Virus record (IMG/VR): IMGVR_UViG_3300021387_001774
Coordinates: 1 to 64,000 of that record
Direction: 5' to 3' (one strand)
DNA from: a virus
Taxonomy: Duplodnaviria; Caudoviricetes
DNA: 64,000 nucleotides
Part shown: piece by piece, positions 30,698 to 40,319 of the stretch
Position numbering within the stretch: position 1 is the first letter of the stretch
How the letters are laid out: each line of letters begins with the position of its first letter
Notes under the pieces: model-generated
What the model was told of the DNA's origin: nothing
The model's database searches: none
The model's input: only the letters and a program-made list of their open reading frames with translations
Program-made: the position numbers and the translations under genes

Positions 30698-32989
30698 TTA
30701 TCTCCCATTCCATGTTGCTTGACTCATATCGCTACCTATTGTTGCTGCAGCAGCTTTCATTCCTTGTTGTTCAGATCTATTCGCTGCAAGTGCTGAAGTA
30801 TTGCTATTAGATGGATTTAGGTCACCTACAGCCCACAATTGACCCACTCCTGATGAATATACACCAGTATATTTATTTTGAGTCATATTCATCAAACGTG
30901 TCTGATCGCCAATTCTATCGATGTCTCCAAGTTCTATCATCTTTTCTATATCTGAAGATCTAAATAACGTTAGGATATTTGACATTAATCTTGTATTAGC
31001 TACAGAAGCTAAGAATGAATCAACGTTTAATTTAGCTCCCCATGATGATCTAAACATATTTAGTGCTCTAGTTTTGTGTCCTTTTCTAAAGTTATGTGTT
31101 AATTCATCCATAGAAAGTCCACCAATAGAACCTAAATATTCAGATATTCCTGACGTAGGGAACATAACTTCTAGAGCCATACGTAATGGACCACGAGATG
31201 CTAATGGTAATGAGATATTTGGCTCCATATCTTTTATACCAACATCAACCTTTATCGTTTTTGGATACCCATCAGAACACCAATCATTGGAATCTCCGCC
31301 ACGAGTTACAGAAATAGATTCAATCATTCCATAATTAATAAAGATATGATTCTTTATATATACTCTAACTGCAAATGGTGATGTATATGTCATCTTACCA
31401 GTTTGTCTAGCAAGGCCCATAGTTAACAATGTTTGAAATTGTAATAAAGTATTTTCGAACTTTCCTAACGCGTCTCCATATGGATAATGGAATTCAAAAC
31501 TAAGAGAAATACTGCGTTGAAATGATGAAGAAGCATATACATCTGGAAGAGTGATACGTCCTTGACCAGACATAACGGCAGCTTTATCAGAAAACTGTCC
31601 AAGAAATTTTAGACCAGCATTAACAGCGCTTCTAAAGAAAGAGTTCTGATTTGCTCCTTCTTCAGCATTAGAAGTAGCAGCAGCATTCATTTCTTCCATA
31701 AGTGGGTTAGTTTCTGTAGAGTTAGAGAATGTTTCGTTTCCAACTACACCTTTTTGACACCTAAATGGAATAAACTGATTGTTATTATATTTAGCTAAAC
31801 CACCACTTAAATGTAGTGTTGGTAATACTCTAGTTAGATCAAGATATCTTACTGCTCCATTATATACGTATCTACCATTAGCATCATTTGACCACAAACC
31901 CATCATTTGTGATAACAACATCCACATAGAACGTACATACATATTAAACATATTAATCGCTTGTTTAAATTCTACAACTTTACCACCACCAAAAATAGCA
32001 GAACCAACTGTTCCAACTACACCAATAGCATCAGTTATAGATGAAAAAAACCCAGCAACTTTACCAAGAAGACCTTCACCACCAGTTCTAATAAAAAGTT
32101 CACTAGCACCAGCCCCACCACCTAAACCTAGCATTTTAAAGAAGCCTGTATTATATTTAAGTCTTCCAGGTTGTAATAAAACTATAGGCCAGTTATTCAT
32201 AATTTGAGTAGAATAAACTCTACCGATCTTAGTATACATTGGATTAGTACGAACATCATCACGTTTATTGAATTGGAATACTGGATTCATTACCATACAA
32301 TGACCAAGTCCAATACCTAGATCTTCAGAATGTGCTCTAAGTTTTTTTCTAATTTCTTCTATATCTTCATTTTCATCTTCTTCACATAATTCTTCTACTT
32401 CACCAGTCAATGGATTTCTAGGTGCAGCTCCACCACCTTTAATATAATTTCTAAATACCAAATCGTTCATTGTACCAACATCTTCAATTTGACCTAAATC
32501 TGAGTTTTTATCACCAAGATGTGTAGCTTGATATTCGATGTATTTAGAAATATATAGGCCTAATGCTTCTACTGATGATCTAGCATTATAATGATAAGTA
32601 TTAGATACTTTTAGTCTTCCTAAAGGATCATTAGGAATAAAGTTATGATAAACTACAGATTGATCATCTTTTATATTATTTCCACCTCTAGCTAATCTAA
32701 TACCATCGTTAATAACATAAATAGGAATTTGATCTCCAGTTTTTACATCAACAACATTCAAACACATGTTTTCATGTGAATACTGATTATTTAAATTTAC
32801 ATATTTCTGTCTAATTTTATGAACAGGATCTTGATTATCATTAGCCATATGTGCTTCATCACCATATGGATTTATACCACCAAAATGTTCATTACGTTCT
32901 GTATATGTGACACCGATATTTCTTATACTATCGCCACCACCAGTACCATTTCCACTAGTACCTACTGTATATAAATTTTCATTAGCCAT
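30698..32989 (-). CDS. Baseplate/tail-tube cap protein (T4 gp48-like fold)
   Basis: LPDVYASSSFQRSISLSFEF, YTSPFAVRV, GMIESISVTRG, DGYPKTIKVDVGIKDM: motifs of the gp48/tube-initiator class. Late motif upstream. Confidence 0.6.
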   Translation of the reverse strand: MANENLYTVGTSGNGTGGGDSIRNIGVTYTERNEHFGGINPYGDEAHMANDNQDPVHKIRQKYVNLNNQYSHENMCLNVVDVKTGDQIPIYVINDGIRLARGGNNIKDDQSVVYHNFIPNDPLGRLKVSNTYHYNARSSVEALGLYISKYIEYQATHLGDKNSDLGQIEDVGTMNDLVFRNYIKGGGAAPRNPLTGEVEELCEEDENEDIEEIRKKLRAHSEDLGIGLGHCMVMNPVFQFNKRDDVRTNPMYTKIGRVYSTQIMNNWPIVLLQPGRLKYNTGFFKMLGLGGGAGASELFIRTGGEGLLGKVAGFFSSITDAIGVVGTVGSAIFGGGKVVEFKQAINMFNMYVRSMWMLLSQMMGLWSNDANGRYVYNGAVRYLDLTRVLPTLHLSGGLAKYNNNQFIPFRCQKGVVGNETFSNSTETNPLMEEMNAAATSNAEEGANQNSFFRSAVNAGLKFLGQFSDKAAVMSGQGRITLPDVYASSSFQRSISLSFEFHYPYGDALGKFENTLLQFQTLLTMGLARQTGKMTYTSPFAVRVYIKNHIFINYGMIESISVTRGGDSNDWCSDGYPKTIKVDVGIKDMEPNISLPLASRGPLRMALEVMFPTSGISEYLGSIGGLSMDELTHNFRKGHKTRALNMFRSSWGAKLNVDSFLASVANTRLMSNILTLFRSSDIEKMIELGDIDRIGDQTRLMNMTQNKYTGVYSSGVGQLWAVGDLNPSNSNTSALAANRSEQQGMKAAAATIGSDMSQATWNGR

Positions 32990-33009
32990 AGTAAAATCCT
33001 TTTATATAG

Positions 33010-33061
33010 TATATAGATGTGTCTTACTATAATAGTTAATTTTAAAGCACATATTAATATA
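33010..33061. promoter_or_regulatory. Divergent pair of late-type promoters
   Basis: - strand GACA-CATCTA-TATA (33010-33023); + strand CACA-TATTAA-TATA (33048-33061). Confidence 0.6.
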
Positions 33062-33084
33062 GATTATAAATTTGGAGATATAAT

Positions 33085-34521
33085 ATGCTTGGAAATAATT
33101 ATAGTTTTGAAGAATTAATGAATTCTTCTTTAGGATTTTCTAGCGGTGTAAAGCAAATTGATATGAAATCTATTGGGTATGCTGACGCTATTGTAGCTGA
33201 TGTTACTAAAGCTGCTGAGGATTTACATTTCTTTGAGACATATACATTACTTAATGAGAAAAACATTAAAGATAAAATGAATATGTTAAAAAAGATTCAA
33301 AATACATATGCTAATAATATTACTGATTCATATTCTAGAAAAGGACTTGAATCATATTTGGATAGAAACTTTAGATCCACAGAAGCTGAAGCTGCACAGA
33401 ATGGTGGTTCTACAAACAACAATAATAATCAAAATGATAATAATAATGCTGAAAATGGTAAGAAAAAAGGTCAGTTTTTAAAGAGAATAATTACCGCAGT
33501 TATCAATTTTATTAAAAAAGTAATCGATTTTATTAAATTGGTATTCAATAAAATAAAAACGTTTATCGCCGGAATATTCCAAAAAGGTAAAGATCAATGG
33601 AAACTTAATCCAAAGAATCCATTTGGCGGTGATGGAAAAGATAAAATGTTCTTTGATTTTAGTTCATTTAATCTGGGTGGAGCTAAAAAATTTGTAAACA
33701 CATTTAATAAACTTGAATCTAGAATAAATCAAAATTCTACAACAGATGAAAGAACGTTTACAGCTAAATCAAATATAAATTCTAATGCTATAAATGATGT
33801 ACAAACATTTGTTAAAAAGATGCAATCACAAGTTAATATGGATATAGATAAACAAGCTATATTGTGGAATATTTATGGTATGAAAACTTGTGATTCACAA
33901 AAATCTTATCAAAGTTGTAATGTTGGTAAACTTTTAAATCTTTTAATGCAACTACAGCCTCCGAATCAAGGTGAAAATCCAACACAAGGTCTTTTACCAG
34001 AAATTATGAAAGTAAATGAAAAGATAGGTATAGCATTTAAACCAATAGAAGAACTTGTTAAAAATATAGAAAATGGTACTGTTAATGAAATTAATGGAGC
34101 TTTCGTTAAAGCTGGTGAAACTATTCAAAAGAATAATATAGAAAATAATGAAAATATAAAGAAATCTCGTTATGTTGCAGAATTTAAAATCAATAATGAA
34201 AATGTTACTATAGCTAATACTAAAAACTTAAATGATATGATTAAGTTTTTGAAAAACATTGTTGGTTATTCTAACACTGTAACCGCTATTGGACAAAGTA
34301 TAGTAAACAATATTCAACAAGTACTGATACCTATAAATAGTGAAGTAAATAACAATAATGATGAAGGAAATGAAAACAAAAATAAGAAACAATCTAAGAG
34401 CGAAGCTCAACAACAAAAAGCTCATAACAAATTAAATGATTATAATAATTCACCTTCTAAATCTACTCCATTAAGTAGACTTGGTAACAAAGTGAAGAAT
34501 GCATTTGGTAAAAATAAATAA
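33085..34521 (+). CDS. phiKZ-like internal head protein (paralog of 214..1545)
   Basis: SFE/GLE/STE motifs, shared propeptide, amphipathic FLKRIITAVINFIKKVIDFIKLVF helix; late motif. Confidence 0.6.
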   Translation: MLGNNYSFEELMNSSLGFSSGVKQIDMKSIGYADAIVADVTKAAEDLHFFETYTLLNEKNIKDKMNMLKKIQNTYANNITDSYSRKGLESYLDRNFRSTEAEAAQNGGSTNNNNNQNDNNNAENGKKKGQFLKRIITAVINFIKKVIDFIKLVFNKIKTFIAGIFQKGKDQWKLNPKNPFGGDGKDKMFFDFSSFNLGGAKKFVNTFNKLESRINQNSTTDERTFTAKSNINSNAINDVQTFVKKMQSQVNMDIDKQAILWNIYGMKTCDSQKSYQSCNVGKLLNLLMQLQPPNQGENPTQGLLPEIMKVNEKIGIAFKPIEELVKNIENGTVNEINGAFVKAGETIQKNNIENNENIKKSRYVAEFKINNENVTIANTKNLNDMIKFLKNIVGYSNTVTAIGQSIVNNIQQVLIPINSEVNNNNDEGNENKNKKQSKSEAQQQKAHNKLNDYNNSPSKSTPLSRLGNKVKNAFGKNK

Positions 34522-34527
34522 ATTATA

Positions 34528-34555
34528 TAATGTGGGTACTCATGTACCCACATTA
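34528..34555. terminator. Bidirectional terminator
   Basis: TAATGTGGGTAC-TCAT-GTACCCACATTA. Confidence 0.7.
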
Positions 34556-34558
34556 ATA

Positions 34559-35575
34559 TTATAGTTTACCAATAGATTTTTTAAACCAATATGTAGGATC
34601 ATTTTGATTATACAAATATTGATATTTTTCACATCCATGAGCATAACCATTTAATAATGATTCGAAACTTTCTTCGCCTTTAGCTTTAATTTTACCATGC
34701 GGTATAAGATATCCTCTACATATATTTTTTGATTTTATTTTTCCGTCAGGTTTTTTATACATACCTGTAACAATTAAAACAGAATACTTTGCAAATTGTT
34801 TTAGATCCAATGAACCATAAAATGGAAATAATGCTGTTACACAGCATGTTACACCATTTATAGTTTTCAAAGAAATTAATTCAGGTTTAATATCTTTAAG
34901 ATCATTTCCACCAACATCTCCAGTCAATATGTGGTTTAGAAATCCAGCTTTAGTTCTAACAGTGTTGAAAGATTTTTTAACATCCGATGGTGTACACATA
35001 GCATCTTTACCATGTTTAGCTTTAAATTGTTCCAATCGTTGTAAACATTTTGGAGATTTAAAAATATCTGTACCAACGGAGAATGTACCACAAGATCTAC
35101 ATCCTTGAATGAGAGAACCAAAACCTAGGGCCACCAATTCTCCAGCAAGCGAGCTAAGTCCAATCACACTTGCTTTTCCGCCAAGTCCAATCGATCCAAT
35201 TGTGGATCCATATTTCATAGCTCTATCTATACCAACAACAGCTTGTAGACCACCTATAGGTTTTTCTTGTTGAATTTCCATAGAAGCTATACAATTATCC
35301 AAATAACTTTCTACAGCACGTTTTTCATCAAGTTTATTATGTAAAAATCTTTCACTAAAAGAATTTAAAACTGTAATCATTTGTTGTTTTTGATTAAAAT
35401 GTTGTTTATTTAGATCATTTAAGATGTTTAGATTATCCAGATCTTCTATAGAAGCATAAAACAAACTAGTAATTTCATCATCAGTCATTGATTCAAATGA
35501 AGAATTATTTTTTGTTTTCTTTGTTTTTATTTCTGACATACCAAGGAATGATTCCATACTAAATAAGTCGCTCAT
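34559..35575 (-). CDS. Head protein with the shared cleavable propeptide
   Basis: SME, SFE, SIE, AVESYL, ASME motifs; directly downstream of the prohead protease. Confidence 0.55.
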   Translation of the reverse strand: MSDLFSMESFLGMSEIKTKKTKNNSSFESMTDDEITSLFYASIEDLDNLNILNDLNKQHFNQKQQMITVLNSFSERFLHNKLDEKRAVESYLDNCIASMEIQQEKPIGGLQAVVGIDRAMKYGSTIGSIGLGGKASVIGLSSLAGELVALGFGSLIQGCRSCGTFSVGTDIFKSPKCLQRLEQFKAKHGKDAMCTPSDVKKSFNTVRTKAGFLNHILTGDVGGNDLKDIKPELISLKTINGVTCCVTALFPFYGSLDLKQFAKYSVLIVTGMYKKPDGKIKSKNICRGYLIPHGKIKAKGEESFESLLNGYAHGCEKYQYLYNQNDPTYWFKKSIGKL

Positions 35576-35578
35576 AAA

Positions 35579-36460
35579 TTACACTCCACTCATAAGTACT
35601 TGATTAACTCTATAAGTATTAGTAGGAATCTTAATTGCCTTACTATGACTACGATCATTATCTAATACTATAGTAATAAGTCCTTCTTCAGAATAAGAGA
35701 TATTTTTAACATCTTTCATACTGAATCCATATATATCTTCCATAATAGGAAGAGATTCTTGAGCTTCTAACAAACGTTTGAACTCTTCTTTCTTACGTTT
35801 ATTAGTCCAAGAAGCATGTACACCATTCCAATTCTCTTTAGAAGCATCATAAGAATCAACATCAGTTACTATAGAGGCTTCTTTAAAACCACCAATACGA
35901 ACAACATCAAAACTAATAAAACGCATATCACCATGTTTATAAATATATGGCTCACCGTTTGCATCCTTACGTTCTTCATAATTAGGTGTGAGAATACGAA
36001 TAGACCAACCAAAATTTATACCTTTTTTAAACCAATCTAATGGAATATAACCTTTTGGTTGTACAAATTGGAAGTCTCCTCTAAGGAGATCTCCTTCTCT
36101 ATTATAGTTCATAACACGACCACAAGTATTATCTGGGTCAACTTTCATGAATCTTTCTCTAGTACAGTTTATATCTGGATGCTCTAATTCACAGAAACAT
36201 GTACCACGTTTAAACAACTCGGCTACATAAGGAGATTGAAGAGCATTCAATATAGCTACATCTTGATACATAGACATATTTCTTGACACCGTATTGAGTG
36301 CAATTAGTGGAGCATGCCTAATGATTTGTTTATCTTCTTCAAATTTACAGTCAGACATATTTAACATAGCTTCATTAAAGAAAGTTTCTATACTAAATAG
36401 GTCTTTTGCATTCATATCAATAACATTACGTTCACATGAAAAAATATTACTACTTTTCAT
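35579..36460 (-). CDS. Prohead core protease (T4 gp21 / phiKZ gp175-like)
   Basis: SRNMSMY (cf. NRNxRxY), CELEHP (catalytic His), GINFGWSIR (Ser), FISFDVV (Asp); late motif upstream. Confidence 0.8.
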   Translation of the reverse strand: MKSSNIFSCERNVIDMNAKDLFSIETFFNEAMLNMSDCKFEEDKQIIRHAPLIALNTVSRNMSMYQDVAILNALQSPYVAELFKRGTCFCELEHPDINCTRERFMKVDPDNTCGRVMNYNREGDLLRGDFQFVQPKGYIPLDWFKKGINFGWSIRILTPNYEERKDANGEPYIYKHGDMRFISFDVVRIGGFKEASIVTDVDSYDASKENWNGVHASWTNKRKKEEFKRLLEAQESLPIMEDIYGFSMKDVKNISYSEEGLITIVLDNDRSHSKAIKIPTNTYRVNQVLMSGV

Positions 36461-36483
36461 TACAAATTACCTCATAATTAAGA

Positions 36484-36535
36484 TATATTATAGTGTCCTT
36501 CTTTATAATTTTTATAATTATATATTATATTAATA
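36484..36535. promoter_or_regulatory. Back-to-back late (-) and early (+) promoters
   Basis: - strand GACA-CTATAA-TATA (36484-36497); + strand AATTATATATTATATTAATA (36516-36535). Confidence 0.65.
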
Positions 36536-36559
36536 GTAAACCATATAGGAGGAAAACAT

Positions 36560-37099
36560 ATGGCTAAGAAGAAAACAACATCAGAACCAAAAAACGAATT
36601 GACAACTATATCACCTAAGAAAGATGTAGTTCCAACTTTTGGTAAAGGTGTAGATCTCATGAATATTAAAAGTGTTCATGAAATGTTTAAACGTGAAGAA
36701 ATTGCTATCGAGCACGATAAAGCAAAATTTATTCACGAAATAAAGAAGTTTGCTGTAGCGGTAGCCAGCAATTCATACCATGCTGGAGTTCCTTATATTC
36801 TTGAAAGAAAAGATTCTAAGGATCTCATGAAGTCTATCACTTGGACAATTCCTTATTCAGTTAAGAATTGTCGACGGTTGAATAGACTGAAGAACAAAAT
36901 CTGGAATAGGACTCATACAAGAAAATTCGTTTCTTTAGATGAAGGAATTGAAGTTTCTTATTGGATCGATTCCTGGTCAGGTAATCCTATAGCTAAAATT
37001 CTTATCTGTGATAAGAATACAGATAAAGCTTATATGGAAATGGAAATTCGTGGACCTGAATGCAACATCAGTGTACAGTTGCAGCTCATCGACAAATAA
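36560..37099 (+). CDS. Hypothetical protein (early)
   Basis: 179 aa, AGGAGG RBS, early motif upstream. Confidence 0.75.
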   Translation: MAKKKTTSEPKNELTTISPKKDVVPTFGKGVDLMNIKSVHEMFKREEIAIEHDKAKFIHEIKKFAVAVASNSYHAGVPYILERKDSKDLMKSITWTIPYSVKNCRRLNRLKNKIWNRTHTRKFVSLDEGIEVSYWIDSWSGNPIAKILICDKNTDKAYMEMEIRGPECNISVQLQLIDK

Positions 37100-37123
37100 A
37101 TAATCAAGCATGGAGGGGATAAC

Positions 37124-37270
37124 ATGAATGATTATTCTAAAAAACAGGAAGTTGTTGACCAGATGGTCACAGCCTACATTAACGAGAAGAGTGAGAGTGC
37201 AAAAGCTCTTGCCCTTATAGCCCAAAAAGAATTCGAAGAATGGAAAGAAACTCATTCAGTGAATGAGTAA
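37124..37270 (+). CDS. 48-aa hypothetical protein (not in the ORF track)
   Basis: MNDYSKKQEVVDQMVTAYINEKSESAKALALIAQKEFEEWKETHSVNE*; GGAGG RBS; terminator follows. Confidence 0.7.
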   Translation: MNDYSKKQEVVDQMVTAYINEKSESAKALALIAQKEFEEWKETHSVNE

Positions 37271-37288
37271 TTTAAATCGAATTCTGGA

Positions 37289-37316
37289 TTCAGAGGAGGT
37301 CTTGACCTCCTCTGGA
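37289..37316 (+). terminator. Intrinsic terminator
   Basis: CAGAGGAGGTC-TT-GACCTCCTCTG plus a T tract. Confidence 0.75.
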
Positions 37317-37340
37317 TTCTTTATTTTTAAGGAGAAAACT

Positions 37341-38294
37341 ATGGAAAAGAAAACACCAACTGAATCGACTATCATAAAGTTCTATAATTACTTTATGAGA
37401 TCGCCAAAATTTAAAAGAGCCAAAGGGTTTTCATGGATACAGGAACCAGGTGAAGCCCTTCCATTTTTGTACTTTATTGTACTATTTATAGTAAATATTT
37501 TTGCATTTGTTATGGCATCAAATGGTAAAAATATAGGTGATGAAAAATACATCATCCCAACATTTGGGTTAATGTTTATCGGAATAATGTTTTTAAGTAT
37601 GTTTGTAAGTATATTAAAACTCTTTTTTCTGGATGATATTGACAGTATTGGATCTTACGACGATGTAATGAAATTAAAAAGGGAATTGGAATTTTTAATC
37701 AAAAGTATTCTATGTAAACATGTATCTAATGATGATAAATTCCATTTCGTTACAATTGATTATAAAAGATTAATAAATAAAATTGCAGCGATATTATTGG
37801 CATCAAAAATAGATACATCATATTTACGTAATTTTCTAGAAATAACAAATCTAAAATGTGATTCTCCTAAATTATCAAATAAATATTTCTGGGATTTTGA
37901 AGATTATGTGGGATTCGTAACAACTATTTTACTCAATGATTTTAAATTTTTAGATGAGTGTTCATTTCATGATTCATTCCACAACGCCGATTATAAAACA
38001 ACTCAAGCTAAAATAATACTTGATTATTGTAAGCTTGTTAGTAACTCACCAGATCTAAAAGACGAAATCATAGAAAATTTTGTGGATTATCAAGTTTCCA
38101 AAATTTACGGTATTACTGATTATACTAAAGTTAAAGATATTATTGATTGGCAACAGGAACCTTTGATCTTATCCAATGAATCTCTCTTCCTTAGAAATGC
38201 TGGTATTAGTGATAAAGACATTGAAAAATATCTCAAAACAAAACGTAAATGTAGAGCTAAGGAATTGATTGAGAAAACAGTTGATTGGATTTAA
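37341..38294 (+). CDS. Membrane protein with two N-terminal TM helices
   Basis: AAGGAG RBS supports ATG 37341; two hydrophobic helices, then a soluble domain. Confidence 0.65.
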   Translation: MEKKTPTESTIIKFYNYFMRSPKFKRAKGFSWIQEPGEALPFLYFIVLFIVNIFAFVMASNGKNIGDEKYIIPTFGLMFIGIMFLSMFVSILKLFFLDDIDSIGSYDDVMKLKRELEFLIKSILCKHVSNDDKFHFVTIDYKRLINKIAAILLASKIDTSYLRNFLEITNLKCDSPKLSNKYFWDFEDYVGFVTTILLNDFKFLDECSFHDSFHNADYKTTQAKIILDYCKLVSNSPDLKDEIIENFVDYQVSKIYGITDYTKVKDIIDWQQEPLILSNESLFLRNAGISDKDIEKYLKTKRKCRAKELIEKTVDWI

Positions 38295-38313
38295 CAATCA
38301 GTAATCTCAATTT

Positions 38314-38345
38314 AATAACCCAGGGTAAAGTTACCCTGGGTTATT
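38314..38345. terminator. Bidirectional terminator
   Basis: AATAACCCAGGGTAA-AG-TTACCCTGGGTTATT plus a T run. Confidence 0.8.
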
Positions 38346-38350
38346 TTTTT

Positions 38351-38524
38351 TTAATTAAAAACTTTGGTTATAATTTTAATATTCTTTGTTACATTACTAA
38401 CTTTCTTACGAAATGTTCTTCTAGCTTCTTCTAGATCCATTAGAAAATTATATTGCTCACTCATTGAATCTTTTGCTTGCTGTGAAATTACTTCTCTTCT
38501 TTGATTTCTTTTAGATTTAAACAT
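38351..38524 (-). CDS. 57-aa basic hypothetical protein (not in the ORF track)
   Basis: MFKSKRNQRREVISQQAKDS...KIITKVFN*; GGAGG RBS; fills the gap between two terminators. Confidence 0.55.
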   Translation of the reverse strand: MFKSKRNQRREVISQQAKDSMSEQYNFLMDLEEARRTFRKKVSNVTKNIKIITKVFN

Positions 38525-38552
38525 ACATTATACCTCCATTATTATGAATAAA

Positions 38553-38579
38553 ATGTGGTGGATAAAATATCCACCACAT
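38553..38579 (-). terminator. nrdD terminator
   Basis: ATGTGGTGGATA...TATCCACCACAT followed by TTTATT on the minus strand. Confidence 0.7.
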
Positions 38580-38585
38580 GATTAA

Positions 38586-40319
38586 TTATAGATGTAATAC
38601 ACGATTTCCGATATCAGCCATACGACCTTGACAACAACAGTTTGCATTACTTAAATAACCACAAACACGTCGTACTACAGTCATATCACTAATATTTCTA
38701 TTTCCACACTGTGGACATTCCCATACTAATTTATTGTTTTCATCTTTAACCATCTTAATCTCACCACTGAATCCACATTTATGACAGTTGTCGATCTTGC
38801 TATTCAATTCAGCATACCAACAATGATCATAAATGTATTTCATTACAGAAAGTATAGCTTCTTGGTTATTAATCAAATTCGGCATTTCTACATACGAAAT
38901 TGCACCAGCATTAGTCCATTTCTGGAATCTAGATTCATTATTAAGCTTAGTAAATGCATCTACAGGTTCTTTGATATCTGTATGATAACTATTCATTACA
39001 TACATCTTATCTGTAATACCTTTAATAACTCCATGTCTCTTTTGTAATGCTTTAGAGAATTTCTCAGTAGTTGATTCTTCTGGTGTACCATATAGACTAA
39101 ATCCATAATTTTCACCAGGAATCTTATTCCACTTATCACAAGTTTCCTTCATGTAACGAACGATACTTTCAGCAAACTCTTGATTTTCAGGGTCTGTATG
39201 TGGTTTACCTGTAAGAGCCATCATTGTCTCAAACAAGCCTACAAAACCTAATGATGTTGTAGAGTATCCTCCAACTAACAATTTATCAATGGTTTCACCT
39301 GGTTTTAGACGTGCAATAGCACCATTTTGCCACAAAATTGGAGCTACATCTGACTTGGTTCCCTTTAAATACCCTACACTTATTAGTAGTACTTTATGTA
39401 CCATTTCGAGTCTTTCATCAAGTAATTCCCAGAATTCTTTCATAGCTTCTTTATTATTTAACAGTGATTCATTATCTTTAAATCCATACTTATCCCTAAT
39501 AGATAATGCTACATCTGGAAGGTTTACAGTACAAACTCTCTTGTTGAACCTTCCCCAGAATTTTGGTTTATTATCATTTTCTGGATCTTTCCATACAGAA
39601 AGAAATGCTCTACATCCCATCGGTGCATAACAATTTCCTTCTTTATATTCTTTCATAACTTTTTCAGAAACATAGTCTGGAACCATACGTTTTGCTGTAC
39701 ACTCTGCAGCCAATTTAGTAAATTCCCAATATGGTTTTGTTTCATCATTATTTGTTTCATCAATAACTACTACTATCTTTGGAAATGCCGGTGCGACCCA
39801 TGCTCCAGATTTATTTTTTACACCTTTAATTCTTTGTCTCAAAATCTCTGATGCTACTAGAGCTAAATCATCTCTTTCTTGTCCCTCTGGTGCTTCATTA
39901 AGATAAATGAATAACGTCGAAAATGGTGTTTGACCGTTCGCAGTCATCAAAGTATTAATTTGATACTGTATCATCTGTACACCCTTTTTAACTTCTTCGG
40001 CCACCATTTCTTCAATAATTTTATTGAATACTTCTTCAGAAATATCTAAATTGTATTTTTTAATTCGCTCGCGTTCTTGTTTAATAAATTTTTGTCTTGA
40101 AACGTCTACAAACTTCGAAATATGATAGACATTTGTCGACTGTCCACCTAGTTGGCTACTAGCTACCTGAGCCATAATTTGTGTAGCTACATTACAAGCA
40201 GTTGTAAATGATTTAGGTTTATCAATTTTTGTACCAGAAATAACGGTACCATTTTGCAACATGTCGTCCATGTTAATAAGACAACAGTTATAAAGTTTCA
40301 TTGAAGCATAGTCCATATC
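38586..40319 (-). CDS. nrdD: Anaerobic (class III) ribonucleoside-triphosphate reductase, exon 2
   Basis: NCCL active-site loop, PMGCRAFL, GRFN, YGTPEES, CHKC/CPQC zinc site, RRVCGYL glycyl-radical motif. Confidence 0.95.
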   Translation of the reverse strand, partial: DMDYASMKLYNCCLINMDDMLQNGTVISGTKIDKPKSFTTACNVATQIMAQVASSQLGGQSTNVYHISKFVDVSRQKFIKQERERIKKYNLDISEEVFNKIIEEMVAEEVKKGVQMIQYQINTLMTANGQTPFSTLFIYLNEAPEGQERDDLALVASEILRQRIKGVKNKSGAWVAPAFPKIVVVIDETNNDETKPYWEFTKLAAECTAKRMVPDYVSEKVMKEYKEGNCYAPMGCRAFLSVWKDPENDNKPKFWGRFNKRVCTVNLPDVALSIRDKYGFKDNESLLNNKEAMKEFWELLDERLEMVHKVLLISVGYLKGTKSDVAPILWQNGAIARLKPGETIDKLLVGGYSTTSLGFVGLFETMMALTGKPHTDPENQEFAESIVRYMKETCDKWNKIPGENYGFSLYGTPEESTTEKFSKALQKRHGVIKGITDKMYVMNSYHTDIKEPVDAFTKLNNESRFQKWTNAGAISYVEMPNLINNQEAILSVMKYIYDHCWYAELNSKIDNCHKCGFSGEIKMVKDENNKLVWECPQCGNRNISDMTVVRRVCGYLSNANCCCQGRMADIGNRVLHL

